From assembly GCA_964016885.1 (NCBI GenBank), contig OZ024740.1, positions 257,734,001-257,798,000 on the forward strand: 64,000 bases of DNA, given 5' to 3'. Source of the DNA: Eledone cirrhosa. Lineage: Eukaryota. The notes under the pieces were generated by a model. The model made no database searches. It was not told where the DNA came from and saw nothing but the letters and a program-made list of their open reading frames with translations. Positions 1 through 9,699 of the stretch are shown piece by piece. A program made the position numbers and the translations under genes. Within the stretch, counting starts at the first letter, position 1; the number at the start of each line of letters is the position of its first letter.

Positions 1-40
1 ATATATATATATATATACACAAAGTCATATAAAGATACAC

Positions 41-89
41 AATGAGTCATACAATGGGTCATACAATGGGTCATACAATGGGTCATACA
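41..89. repeat. 12-bp tandem repeat (GGGTCATACAAT), about 4 copies
   Basis: Directly visible repeat unit. Confidence 0.8.
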
Positions 90-260
90 TGAAATGATGC
101 ATCTTGTTATAAGCATGCACATATATAAACAATATAACCATACACATACATATATACATGCACATATATCTACACATATATCTACACATCTATATATACA
201 AATACGTGTATGCACATATATAAAATAAACATGCAATATATTAGAAGTATAGATATAACT

Positions 261-441
261 GTTTCTACTTTTGGAACAGGGCCATCCAATGCATTTCTGG
301 TACTTTATTTTATCGACCCCGTAAGGATGAAAGGCAAAGTTGACCTCAGCGGGATTTGAACTGAGAATGGAAAGGGATGTAACTCTTTGCTTCAAAGCAT
401 GGCGTCCGACCCTCTACCGATACTGCCAATCCACCGCCCCT
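261..441 (-). mobile_element. tRNA-derived SINE, near full length
   Basis: Minus strand shows A-box-like TGGCAGTATCGGT, B-box GTTCAAATCC and core GCCTTTCATCCTTACGGGGTCGATAAAATAAAGTACC. About 10 copies occur in the window. Confidence 0.85.
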
Positions 442-1484
442 TAAAATTATAGATAAAACGTCACATAGAGATATATAAAAAAGAAGAATGGGGAACGTGT
501 ATGCGTATGAGATAGTACACAGGAGAAGCATGAGATATACAGAAAATATAATATGTGTTACAAGATGGAATACGTGGAGAGTATGGACTCTCTATTGAAA
601 AGATAGACATGAATGGGGGTGCGTGGACCGGCCATACTGGAGTATGTCACTGTGGTTGAGGTATATTGTCCTATAGGTGTAAAGCATTTGACTGGAAGAC
701 AGTAGAATCCGGGTCAACCAGTCCCGGCTCAGGCGATGTTCTTGCCTAGGGTGACGTGCAGAGTCGGGTATCCCGGGTTATTTCGGTTTACCCTACGGGG
801 CACATATAGTCATCAGGGTATGGTGTCTGATCCCTTGGACCCGTTTCGCCGCTCTGGTCGGCGCACGCTCCACCGCATGCCTTTAGCCTGGGCCTCCCGG
901 TGGATTCCATGCGGAGAGTGTGCACCGTCTCTGGTATCTGCACGTCGTGATTATTTCCGATTTCAGGTTGACCGCATCATCCTTCAGTCTGACTATCTCC
1001 ATGGCCTCCTATAGGCATTGGCTACACTTTCTTCTTCCAGCCGAGTATGCATTCGCGTGTTCTCCTTAAGTGTGTGTATAGCGGGAGTCTATGCGTACGG
1101 ATGTTGTTATCTATGTGTGTTTGTGTGTGTGTGCGTGTGTGTGTGTATATGTGTGGGTGAGTGCGCGCGTGGACGTGTGAGCTACCAAACCCAGTAGCAA
1201 TTCATCGAAGTATGGCAGAAAGGGACAGCTGATGGTCAGTGGAATTGACACCTGTTGGTCAGATTTACGATGACGTAGAAAAGCAGCAGCCAATAATAGG
1301 ACGCGCGAAGTGGATGTTTTTGACGCTAACACCCCAGTGAGAGAATTTGCTTCGAAATCATTAGACGCGTCCGTCGAACCTGCAGATCCAGAATCAGACA
1401 GATCCACACAATGATCGTGTCTCGAGCTGTCCGCCGGCGAAACAATTATAATACACAATAAATTGAGTTCAGATGCATCACTGA

Positions 1485-2240
1485 TTTTTCAGTTTGTATG
1501 GCATTTTAACATATATGTTCAGCTCTGTTTTTTTTAAACTATAGAGCGCTTGCCAGCATAACTCTGATTTTGCGATTCGTTTCGCCTTTTCTACCCGCCG
1601 AAATGTGATTCTCGCTAAATTTATATTTGTATTAATCTCCCGAGTCTTACAATTAACCTGTGAATAATTCTATAGACAGATTAATTGCATAAGTTTATTT
1701 TAAAACTACCCCGTTAAGTGCTTATTCGATTTGTGCTATTCATGCAATTTTTTTGCATGATTTACACATAGTGAATTCATTTGCCAAAATCTGGAGCTTT
1801 TCACCTTGTGGGCTACGCATCTGCATTTACAAAGTTCTGCGCCATTCACAAAGTTGGCGCAGAACAAAATATCTGTTGATAAGGTGATATTCCTTGTTCG
1901 ATCATTATACCAAAAGCTTATAGGTTTAAGCAGACAGTATTATTGATTTAGGTGTCATAGAAACCCTGCATTTGGATTTTACCATCAATTCCAATGGGTC
2001 CAGGTTGGTTATATATGTGTATATGTATATATATATATATATATGATTTTATCATTTATTTTGTTTGACCTGTTTAGCTTGACTTGTTTTTTGGCTTAGG
2101 TGGTTAATGCCTTCTTGACCACTTTTTCAGTTCGTATGGCGTTTTAACATACATGTTTAGCTCTGTTTTTTTAACTATAGAGCGCTTGCCAGCATAACAC
2201 TGATTTTGCGTTTCGTTTCGCTTTTTCTACCCGGCGAAAT
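1485..2240. repeat. Diverged direct repeat of about 130 bp (1485-1625 and 2123-2240), possibly element termini
   Basis: TATAGAGCGCTTGCCAGCATAAC..TGATTTTGCG..TTCGTTTCG occurs twice. Confidence 0.7.
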
Positions 2241-2480
2241 GCAATTCTCGCTGAATTTATATATATATATATATATATATGGTTAAAGAAAGAAGAGTAA
2301 CATGGTAGGCTATACAATAAGGGTTCTATGTAAAGTACCGAAAAATGTTTCGTTGCACAGATGTGTCTAGAGTTCGCTAATCTCTTGAGGCTGCGTCAAT
2401 CGATCTCCAATATATTGTTTACAATTGGTCAAAACATCAGCGCACCCCGACCCTCCACCCCACACACACATATATATATA

Positions 2481-3877
2481 TAATACATTATAAAGAAAGA
2501 AGAAATATTAGTCATGAATAAAAGAATATAAATAATCAATATTCCTCTACATTCTCGTTTGTACAGTTTCGCGGCTATTTTGCAAAAGCACTACATCATA
2601 GAGATGCAGTATTCCTGTGAGGTTTGCCAGCTTATCAAGAGAATACCTCATTTAAAGTTTCAAATACGTCTTCAAGTCGCGAGAGAGAACCAGAATGGCG
2701 GGGAGGGGGACGTATCACGTGATATAGCGGTCACGAAACAGAGTTAAGCCTCTTACAACCAAGAGAAAAATACCACAATGGCGGAGAGGGCATTAATATC
2801 TAGGCTACAGACGAGGTGGCCAAGGAGGGCTTGAAGTGGAAATAGTTTAAGCTTGACAGCAGTCACTATACTTCCGTGGTTACTCTACCGTAGGGAGTTA
2901 TAGACAATAAAAAGAAATACACAGATACATTCGAATACATACATATACATGCATATACACACATATATCCCTGAATTTGTGTGGTGCCAACCTTAACCGT
3001 TGTTGCTCTATGATTAATAGGGACAAAATAATCTGAATGAAATAGATTGACTCTATATCAGAGCTATATAATACATTATAAAGAAGAAACATTAGACATA
3101 AAAAAATATATATAAATACCCAATATTACTCTACATTCTCGATTGTACAGTTTCGCGGCTACTTTGCAAAAACACTACATCATAGGGATATAGTATTCCT
3201 GTGAGGTTTGCCAGCTTATCCAGAGAATACCTTTATTTAACGTTTCAAAATACGTCTGCAAGGCGCGAGAGAGAACTCGGAAAAGGGGAGGTAGAATTTA
3301 TCACCTATAACTCCCTACGGTAGAGTAACCACGGAAGAATAGTGACTGCTGTCAAGCTTACACTATTTACACATAGCCACCTCGTCTGTAGCCTAGATAT
3401 TAATGCCCCCTACGCAATTGTTGTATTTTTCTCTTGGTTGCAAGAGGCTTAACTCTGTTTCTTGACCGCTGTATCACGTGATAATTCCCCTCCGCCTTCG
3501 CGGGTTCTCTCTCGCGCCTTGCAGACGTATTTTGAAACTTTAAATGAGGTATTCTCTTGATAAGCTGGCAAACCTCACAGAAATACTGCATCTCTATGAT
3601 GTAGTGTTTTTGCAAAGTAGCCGCGAAACTGTAGAGTCGAGAATGTTGAGGAATATTTGCTATTTATTTTTTTTTTTTCAAGTCTATGTTTCTTCTTTCT
3701 TTATAATGTATTATATAGCTCTGATAGAGAGTCAATCTAATTCATTCAGATTATTTTGTCCCTGTTAATCATAGAGCAACAACGGTTAAGTTTGGCACCA
3801 CACAAATCCAGGGATATTTGTGCGTATATGCATGTATATGTATGTATTCGCATGTACCTGTGTATTTCTTTTTATTG

Positions 3878-3878
<1 letters not shown>
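2481..3878. mobile_element. Non-coding monomer of about 585 bp with one hammerhead per unit: partial tandem (2481-3303) plus an inverted copy (3305-3878)
   Basis: 3071-3303 repeats 2481-2720. 3305-3712 is the reverse complement of 2481-2901, and 3712-3878 of 2903-3075. No TE protein ORF. Confidence 0.8.
3551..3644 (+). ncRNA. Type I hammerhead ribozyme, U3-A8 core, extended stem II
   Basis: ATTCTC-TTGATAA-GCTGGC..GCCGC-GAAA-CTGTAGAG-TC-GAGAAT. Stem I is ATTCTC/GAGAAT and the cleavage triplet is GUC. More degenerate copies at 2551-2644 and 3135-3228 on the minus strand. Confidence 0.7.
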
Positions 3879-3908
<30 letters not shown>

Positions 3909-4130
3909 GACGGTATATTTAGTCAGTTTCTACATGCTGTTGAAATGTTGGGTAAATACTCTGTTGTGGTCACCGCGAAGAGGCCGCTTTCGGTTATTTA
4001 TCAAATATTTCTTCATAGGAGCCTTTATTCTTATAGCCTTGTCTAATTGATATTTTATATGGTTAATTATGCTATTTGGGAGAGGAAATGTTTCAACAAA
4101 ATATGTACTTTACTTTGCCACACCAATTTG

Positions 4131-4187
4131 GACTGCCTGAAGAGGTCGCAGCCAATGATGGCTGTCACTGAAATATATATAGAAGTA
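4131..4187 (+). ncRNA. Hammerhead-like motif
   Basis: CTGAAGA-GGTCGCAGCCA ATGA TGGCTGTCACT-GAAA-TATATATA. Stem I is weak. Confidence 0.5.
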
Positions 4188-4340
4188 TATCTATAATTTA
4201 TAATAAACGAAGCCAAATTTTACATATTTGACATAATTATTTTACATTACTCCGGAGTAAAAAAACCCAACCTGCATACTTCGTCGAGTGCTCCAATCTG
4301 CATACTGAGGTGTCGGTAAACAACCCACATATACTCAAAA

Positions 4341-4885
4341 TCTATATATCTATATATATATAAAACTGAGGATGTGTGTGTTAAGGTTTGTAACGTATGC
4401 ACGTCCACAATTCCCAACGGATTCTATTAAAAGTCGTGTCAATTATTGCCTTTGGTGAAGTGAAGGTCATGAACAAAATAACTTTCAAATCAATCAACAA
4501 TAAGGGCAAAAATCGATCATGCTTTGAGGTTTAACACACCTCCCTATAGTTTCTTAGCTTTACTCTCTCCGTCGCTCTCCCCTCTCTCTCTATAATAGAT
4601 TTCTCCCCCTCTCTAAAATTTAACTGCTTTACTCTCTTCATGTTTTGGGGTTTAACGCACCTCCCTATAGTTTCTTAGCTTTACTCTCTCTGTCGCTCTT
4701 CCCTCTCTTTATAATAGATCATCCCCCCTCTATAATTTAGCTGCTTTACTCTCTCTGTCGCTCTTCACTCTCTGTATGACAGCACTGTTTTACACACCTC
4801 CCTATAGTTTCTTAGCTTTACTCTCTCCGTCGCACTTCCCTCTCTCTATAATAGATTATTACCCCTCTCTATAATTTAACTGCTG
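4341..4885 (+). mobile_element. Helitron-type 5' region with about three imperfect 120-bp internal repeats (4525-4885)
   Basis: TCTATATATATATAAAACTGAG start is shared with the element at 49455. CACCTCCCTATAGTTTCTTAGCTTTACTCTCT occurs three times. Lies directly upstream of the helicase. Confidence 0.55.
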
Positions 4886-6245
4886 GGGGAGTCATTGGCG
4901 TTCCGTATTGAATATACGGCTTTTCTGGGGCATTTTAATTCGACATCGTACAGCTTGCGGTACATTTGGAAAATGGGCAAAGGGTTTATTTTACGGACCA
5001 AACCGCCGCTAAGTTGGCCGCCGATCCGAAAGAGACCACTCTGACAGGTTTCTTCAAACTTTGCCAGTTCGATACATTTGCGCAAACGATTGTGTACTCC
5101 CATGTTCCATCCTACTTTATATGGTCGAAAAACACTTGGGTGCGAAGAAAGCCAGGTCAGGCTGTTGAAAGACATCCTGGTGTAAAATTTAACAGCTGTC
5201 TTGGAAGAGTTTACTGTGCCCCCAACTGAGCATGAGTGCTTTGTCTCGGCCTTCTTGTGCATGAAGTTGTAGGCCCACAAAGTTATCCGGACCTCAAAAC
5301 TGTTGATGGAGAAATATGTGATACGTACCGGGAAGGCTACTTTAAGCGTGGTCTTTTGGAAGACGATTCGCAATGGGATTCCACTTTAGCAGAGGGTGCT
5401 TTGTTGAAATCACATAAAAGTCTACGGGAACTCTTTGCCATTTCAAAAGTGTGAATTGGGTGATCCAAAATCTTTATGGGTCAAGTACAGAGACTTCATG
5501 TCTGAGAACTTCCTGCGCCTGGCACATCTGCAGTATCCTTCAGTGGAAGTTGGTTACAGCGACATTAACTACGACAGGGCACTCAATCATATCGAGCACG
5601 CCCTCCTCGACATGGATGGGAGTGAATTGGCGACGTATGGCTTACCGTCAACCGCCAGAGAGGAAGCTAACACTTTGGCCCCGGATTTGTTGCGGGAAAC
5701 AGCATATGACATCGAATCTCTTTCCCAATACTTAGAGGAAAATGAGCCCAAACGTCTGTCTGACCAACGGTTGGCCTATTTAACTATCATTGACGCGGTT
5801 CAAAATCAGACTGGGGGTATTTACTTTCTCGATGCTCCTGAGGGTTACGGAAAAATTTTTGTAACGAAATTGCTTTTCGCTAAGATTCGTCAAGAGAAAA
5901 AGATTGCGTTGGCCGTTGCATCGTCCGGAATCCCTGCTACTTTGCTGCCGGGAGGCAGGACAGCACATTCAGCCTTTAAAATCCCCTTGGATTTAGTAAA
6001 AAGTGAGACACCAACATGCAATATCAACAAGAGCTGACACGAAGCTCTGGTTCGCAAAAAAATGTTGCCTCATTGTTTGGGATGAGTGCACAATTGTACA
6101 CAAGGGTGCCCTTGAGGGATTGGACAAGACCCTGAAAGACATTAGGGATTCTACGGCTCCTATGGGTGACGTAACCCTTCTGCTATCAGGGGATTTTCGG
6201 CAAACGCTACCTATCATCCCCAAAGGATAAGTGCTGATGAGGTGC
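4886..6245 (+). pseudogene. Helitron RepHel, PIF1-family helicase region, with frameshifts and stops
   Basis: HLENGQRVYF, LKTVDG, GLLEDD, degenerate Walker A DAPEGYGK, ASSGIPATLLPGGRTAHSAFKIP, Walker B IVWDE and LLSGDFRQTLP, spread over several frames. Confidence 0.92.
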
Positions 6246-6249
6246 TCCG

Positions 6250-6430
6250 TCTGGTGATTTCTATCAGCAGGTCTCTAGGGTAGTGATATGGGAACTAGAA
6301 TCGGTCCAAACTATGCCAACTTGTTTGTTGGCTACATCGAAGCCGAGATCTTCTCCCAGTACGCTGGACAGTCAGCTTCCTGATGATTTCTGGCGAATGA
6401 AACAGTTCTAGTCCTGTAGAACCTTTTTTA
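6250..6430 (+). pseudogene. Penelope-like RT fragment followed by a degenerate terminus
   Basis: Translates as FYQQVS..MGTRIGPNYANLFVGYIE, the PLE RT motif. Followed by CTGATGA...TGAAACAG. Confidence 0.75.
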
Positions 6431-6436
6431 TATTAA

Positions 6437-6475
<39 letters not shown>

Positions 6476-6721
6476 CATCTATATATATATACACATATAT
6501 AAACGTGCATTGGTGTTTGCGTGTGTGTGCGTGAGTTCCTGATTCAATTGGGGGTAACCACAGTAAATAAGGTACTCAATATACTAGCAGAGTGTAAACT
6601 CTAAATGTATATAGAAATGACTTCTACTGTACTAGAACTGTTCCATTCGAAGAAGGTCTCGAATGAAACAGTTCTAATCCTGTAGAAGCCCTTTCAATAT
6701 AAAATGACATATATATATGTA

Positions 6722-6792
<71 letters not shown>

Positions 6793-6793
<1 letters not shown>

Positions 6794-7890
6794 GTAACCC
6801 ATGTGCAACCACGCAGTTTCCCTCTTTCTTCCCATGTTTTTTATACATATTTACCTCGACTGCGATTGTCTGTTTCTCTCTTTCTGCTCCCCCGTTCTCT
6901 CTGTTTCTCTCACCTTCTTTCGCCCCCTCTGTCAGTTACACATTCTCTCGACTGACCTCTTCCTCGCACTTTCACTCACTTACTCCCTGTTTCTCCCCTT
7001 CTCACTTCCTCCCGTTCGTTAGTAGTGGGATTCTTTCTTTCTCACATCTCATTCACGTCGGACGGTCTGTTTTCTGACCGCTCATGAAATTCACCCAGCT
7101 TATGCTGATCCGATAACCATCATGTTGCTTTCTTTTTTCCTACCTTCGGTTTGCTTTTCCTTCTATGTTGTTTACTTGTCTCACTCGCTTTACGCGACTC
7201 ACTTGTCCCAATAGTTTATTTTAGTTATTGCTCGCACCAACCTGAGGTATATGATTTTTAATTCGATGAAATACCAATGATGGTTGGCAAATCACTGATG
7301 AGAGACTAATTTTATATGTAACCCATGTGCAACCACGCAGTTTCCTTCTTTCTTCCCATGTTTTTTATACATATTTACCTCGACTGCGATTGTCTGTTTC
7401 TCTCTTTCTGCTCCCCCGTTCTCTCTGTTTCTCTCACCTTCTTTCGCCCCCTCTGTCAGTTACACATTCTCTCGACTGACCTCTTCCTCGCACTTTCACT
7501 CACTCACTCCCTGTTTCTCCCCTTCTCACTTCCTCCCGTTCGTTAGTAGTGGGATTCTTTCTTTCTCACATCTGATTCACGTCGGACGGTCTGTTTTCTG
7601 ACCGCTCATGAAATTCACCCAGTTCATGCTGATCGGATAACCATCATGTTGCTTGCTTTTTTCCTACCTTCGGTTTGCTTTCCCTTCTATGTTGTTTACT
7701 TGTCTCACTCGCTTTACGCGACTCACTTGTACCAATATCTTATTTTAGTTATTGCTCGCACCAACCTGAGGTATATGATTTTTAATGCGATGAAATACCA
7801 ATGATGGTTGGCAAATCACTGATGAGGGACTAATTTTATAATATGTAACCTATGTGCAACCACGCAGTTTCCCTCTTTCTTACCATGTTT
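6793..7890 (+). repeat. 524-bp tandem repeat, about 2.1 copies, with a degenerate hammerhead-like motif per unit
   Basis: TGTAACC(C/T)ATGTGCAACCACGCAG at 6793, 7317 and 7844. The duplicated ORFs at 6801 and 7325 are nearly identical. Confidence 0.9.
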
Positions 7891-8053
7891 TATATATATA
7901 TATATATATATATTTAGAAAGTGAGGTTTTTTTTTAACAAAATGAAAAATAACTGAGGTGTCCTACACGAGTGAAAGTATAAAGAAAAAGAGATGAAATC
8001 GAAAATGCAATTGGAGTCTTATTTTTTATAAAAATATATATATTTATTTGGCT

Positions 8054-8091
8054 CCTTTACCGGTTTCGCAGTTCTCCTGCTTTTCAAAAGG
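8054..8091 (-). ncRNA. Minimal type I hammerhead, U3-A8 core
   Basis: Reverse complement reads CCTT-TTGAAAA-GCAG GAGAA CTGC-GAAA-CCGG-TA-AAGG. Confidence 0.75.
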
Positions 8092-8168
8092 TGAGTTGAG
8101 ATGGAGGGTCTGTGTTTTTTCTCACATCTCAGATGTGAGAAAAACCACAGACCCTCCATCTCAACTCA

Positions 8169-8206
8169 CCTTTTGAAAAGCAGAAGAACTGCGAAACCGG
8201 TAAAGG
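8169..8206 (+). ncRNA. Minimal type I hammerhead, U3-A8 core
   Basis: CCTT-TTGAAAA-GCAG AAGAA CTGC-GAAA-CCGG-TA-AAGG. Palindromic stem III, GUA site. Confidence 0.75.
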
Positions 8207-8273
8207 AACCAAATAAATATATATATTTTAAAAAAAAATAAGACTCCAGTTGCATTTTCGATTTCATCTCTTT

Positions 8274-8345
<72 letters not shown>

Positions 8346-8370
8346 GTGCATTGCATTCTCATATTCCACA

Positions 8371-8490
8371 GCGTTCTGAGTTCAAATCTCGCTGAAGTTT
8401 ACTTTGCTTTTCATCATTACGGGGTCGATAAAATAAGGTACCAGTTATGCACTGGGGTTTTGCTGGCCTTGTACCAAAAGTAGAAACAAT
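8371..8490 (+). mobile_element. SINE, 5'-truncated
   Basis: B-box GAGTTCAAATC, core and tail GTAGAAACAAT. Confidence 0.8.
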
Positions 8491-9412
8491 TATTAACATT
8501 TGGAGATCATAAATATATCGAACATCACAGGTTCAAATTTGATTGAATTATACATCGACAGGTGCTTGATGTGTTGACGAGAAAATCATTAGAAGAACAT
8601 TGTTCATAATATCGCTTTATTTAGTTATAATTTTATCTTTGTTATATATGATAGAACATTGGTAATTTGATGCAGTGTGTTGGCGTAGGTAAAGCTTTCT
8701 TTCATTTAAAGTAATCATGAGATAATTGGATAATTATCTATATGACAGATGAAGATGTGGAGTTGTGAATAGCGATCTCTTTTTATCTAAAGCAGACATT
8801 GTCATATTTTCTTCCTTTGACATCAGACTGTCTGTCATTGTCTGTCTCTAATTCTGTGCCGTAAAGACTGTGGATAGACTGTTCTTCTCACGATCATATC
8901 GTCCTCGTTTCGATTAACAGCGACGGGTTGTGGGTGAGCAAGGCACTATATTTAACTTTACTCTAATGAACTTAGCACGGAAAAATTAGTTTTACTGGTA
9001 AGCAAACGAGAATTGATGTGATCCACTGTGTAACTCAAAATCTCCCTGAGTGTAGAGTTAAGATTCATGAGTTTGTGGTGTGCTCAGTCACTTTAACATT
9101 AATTTCCCGAGTTCAAACAACTGGAAAATTCATAAAAAAGGACGGAACTGAAGAGCATAGTCTAGATGCTTATGATTATGTCTATAATTCTCACATTTGT
9201 TTTCATATCTTTGGTTCCTTGACTCCCTGCCTATATGTTATTGGTGTATCTTATCAAAGTAATTTATGTGACAATATTACGTACATATGATGATACGTGA
9301 GTTGACCAAAAACGAAACACTTACAGGCTCATACATCTTAGTCTAAATCTTAGATCTTCCGCGCATTTCGGCGCATTGAGCAGTATGTAGTCACCAAAAA
9401 TCACAATCACAA

Positions 9413-9512
9413 TTTCCTCGTATTTCACTCGGTTGCGCCAGGACACACGAAGGATCCTTAGCAGGCACCGCTGGTTGAGTGCGTTCAGCCGTCTGTCTCT
9501 CTTTGTCGTCCT
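9413..9512 (-). pseudogene. RTE-clade LINE C-terminal fragment
   Basis: RRLNALNQRCLLRILRVSWRNRVKYEEI matches the RTE ORF motif RCLRRILxISW. Confidence 0.7.
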
Positions 9513-9699
9513 CATATATATATATATATATATATATATGGTCCAGAATTAGCCGTCGAAACGGCTTGAGCTCAGCCGTCGGGGTCTTACTGGTTCCTAT
9601 TACCCACTCTACTACCCTAAGTATTGAGTACTTTGGTGCGTTATGGTCCACCTGGTTCCTTACCACATTTCCTTCGTTATATATATGTATAGTTAAAAA

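Larger units (their letters stand above)
7983..8277. repeat. Near-perfect fold-back palindrome of a PLE-type terminus, centre about 8130
   Basis: TTCTCACATCT-C-AGATGTGAGAA at the centre, with arms of about 145 bp. A single-arm copy is at 24106-24321. Confidence 0.9.

Noticed and set aside
768-822. Hammerhead on the minus strand (CTGATGA...GAAA)
   Set aside because: The base of stem II and the NUH site cannot be formed convincingly.
9556-9583. GAAA-CGGCT..AGCCG-TC half hammerhead
   Set aside because: The upstream CUGAnGA core is absent (truncated by a TA tract), so it is not counted.
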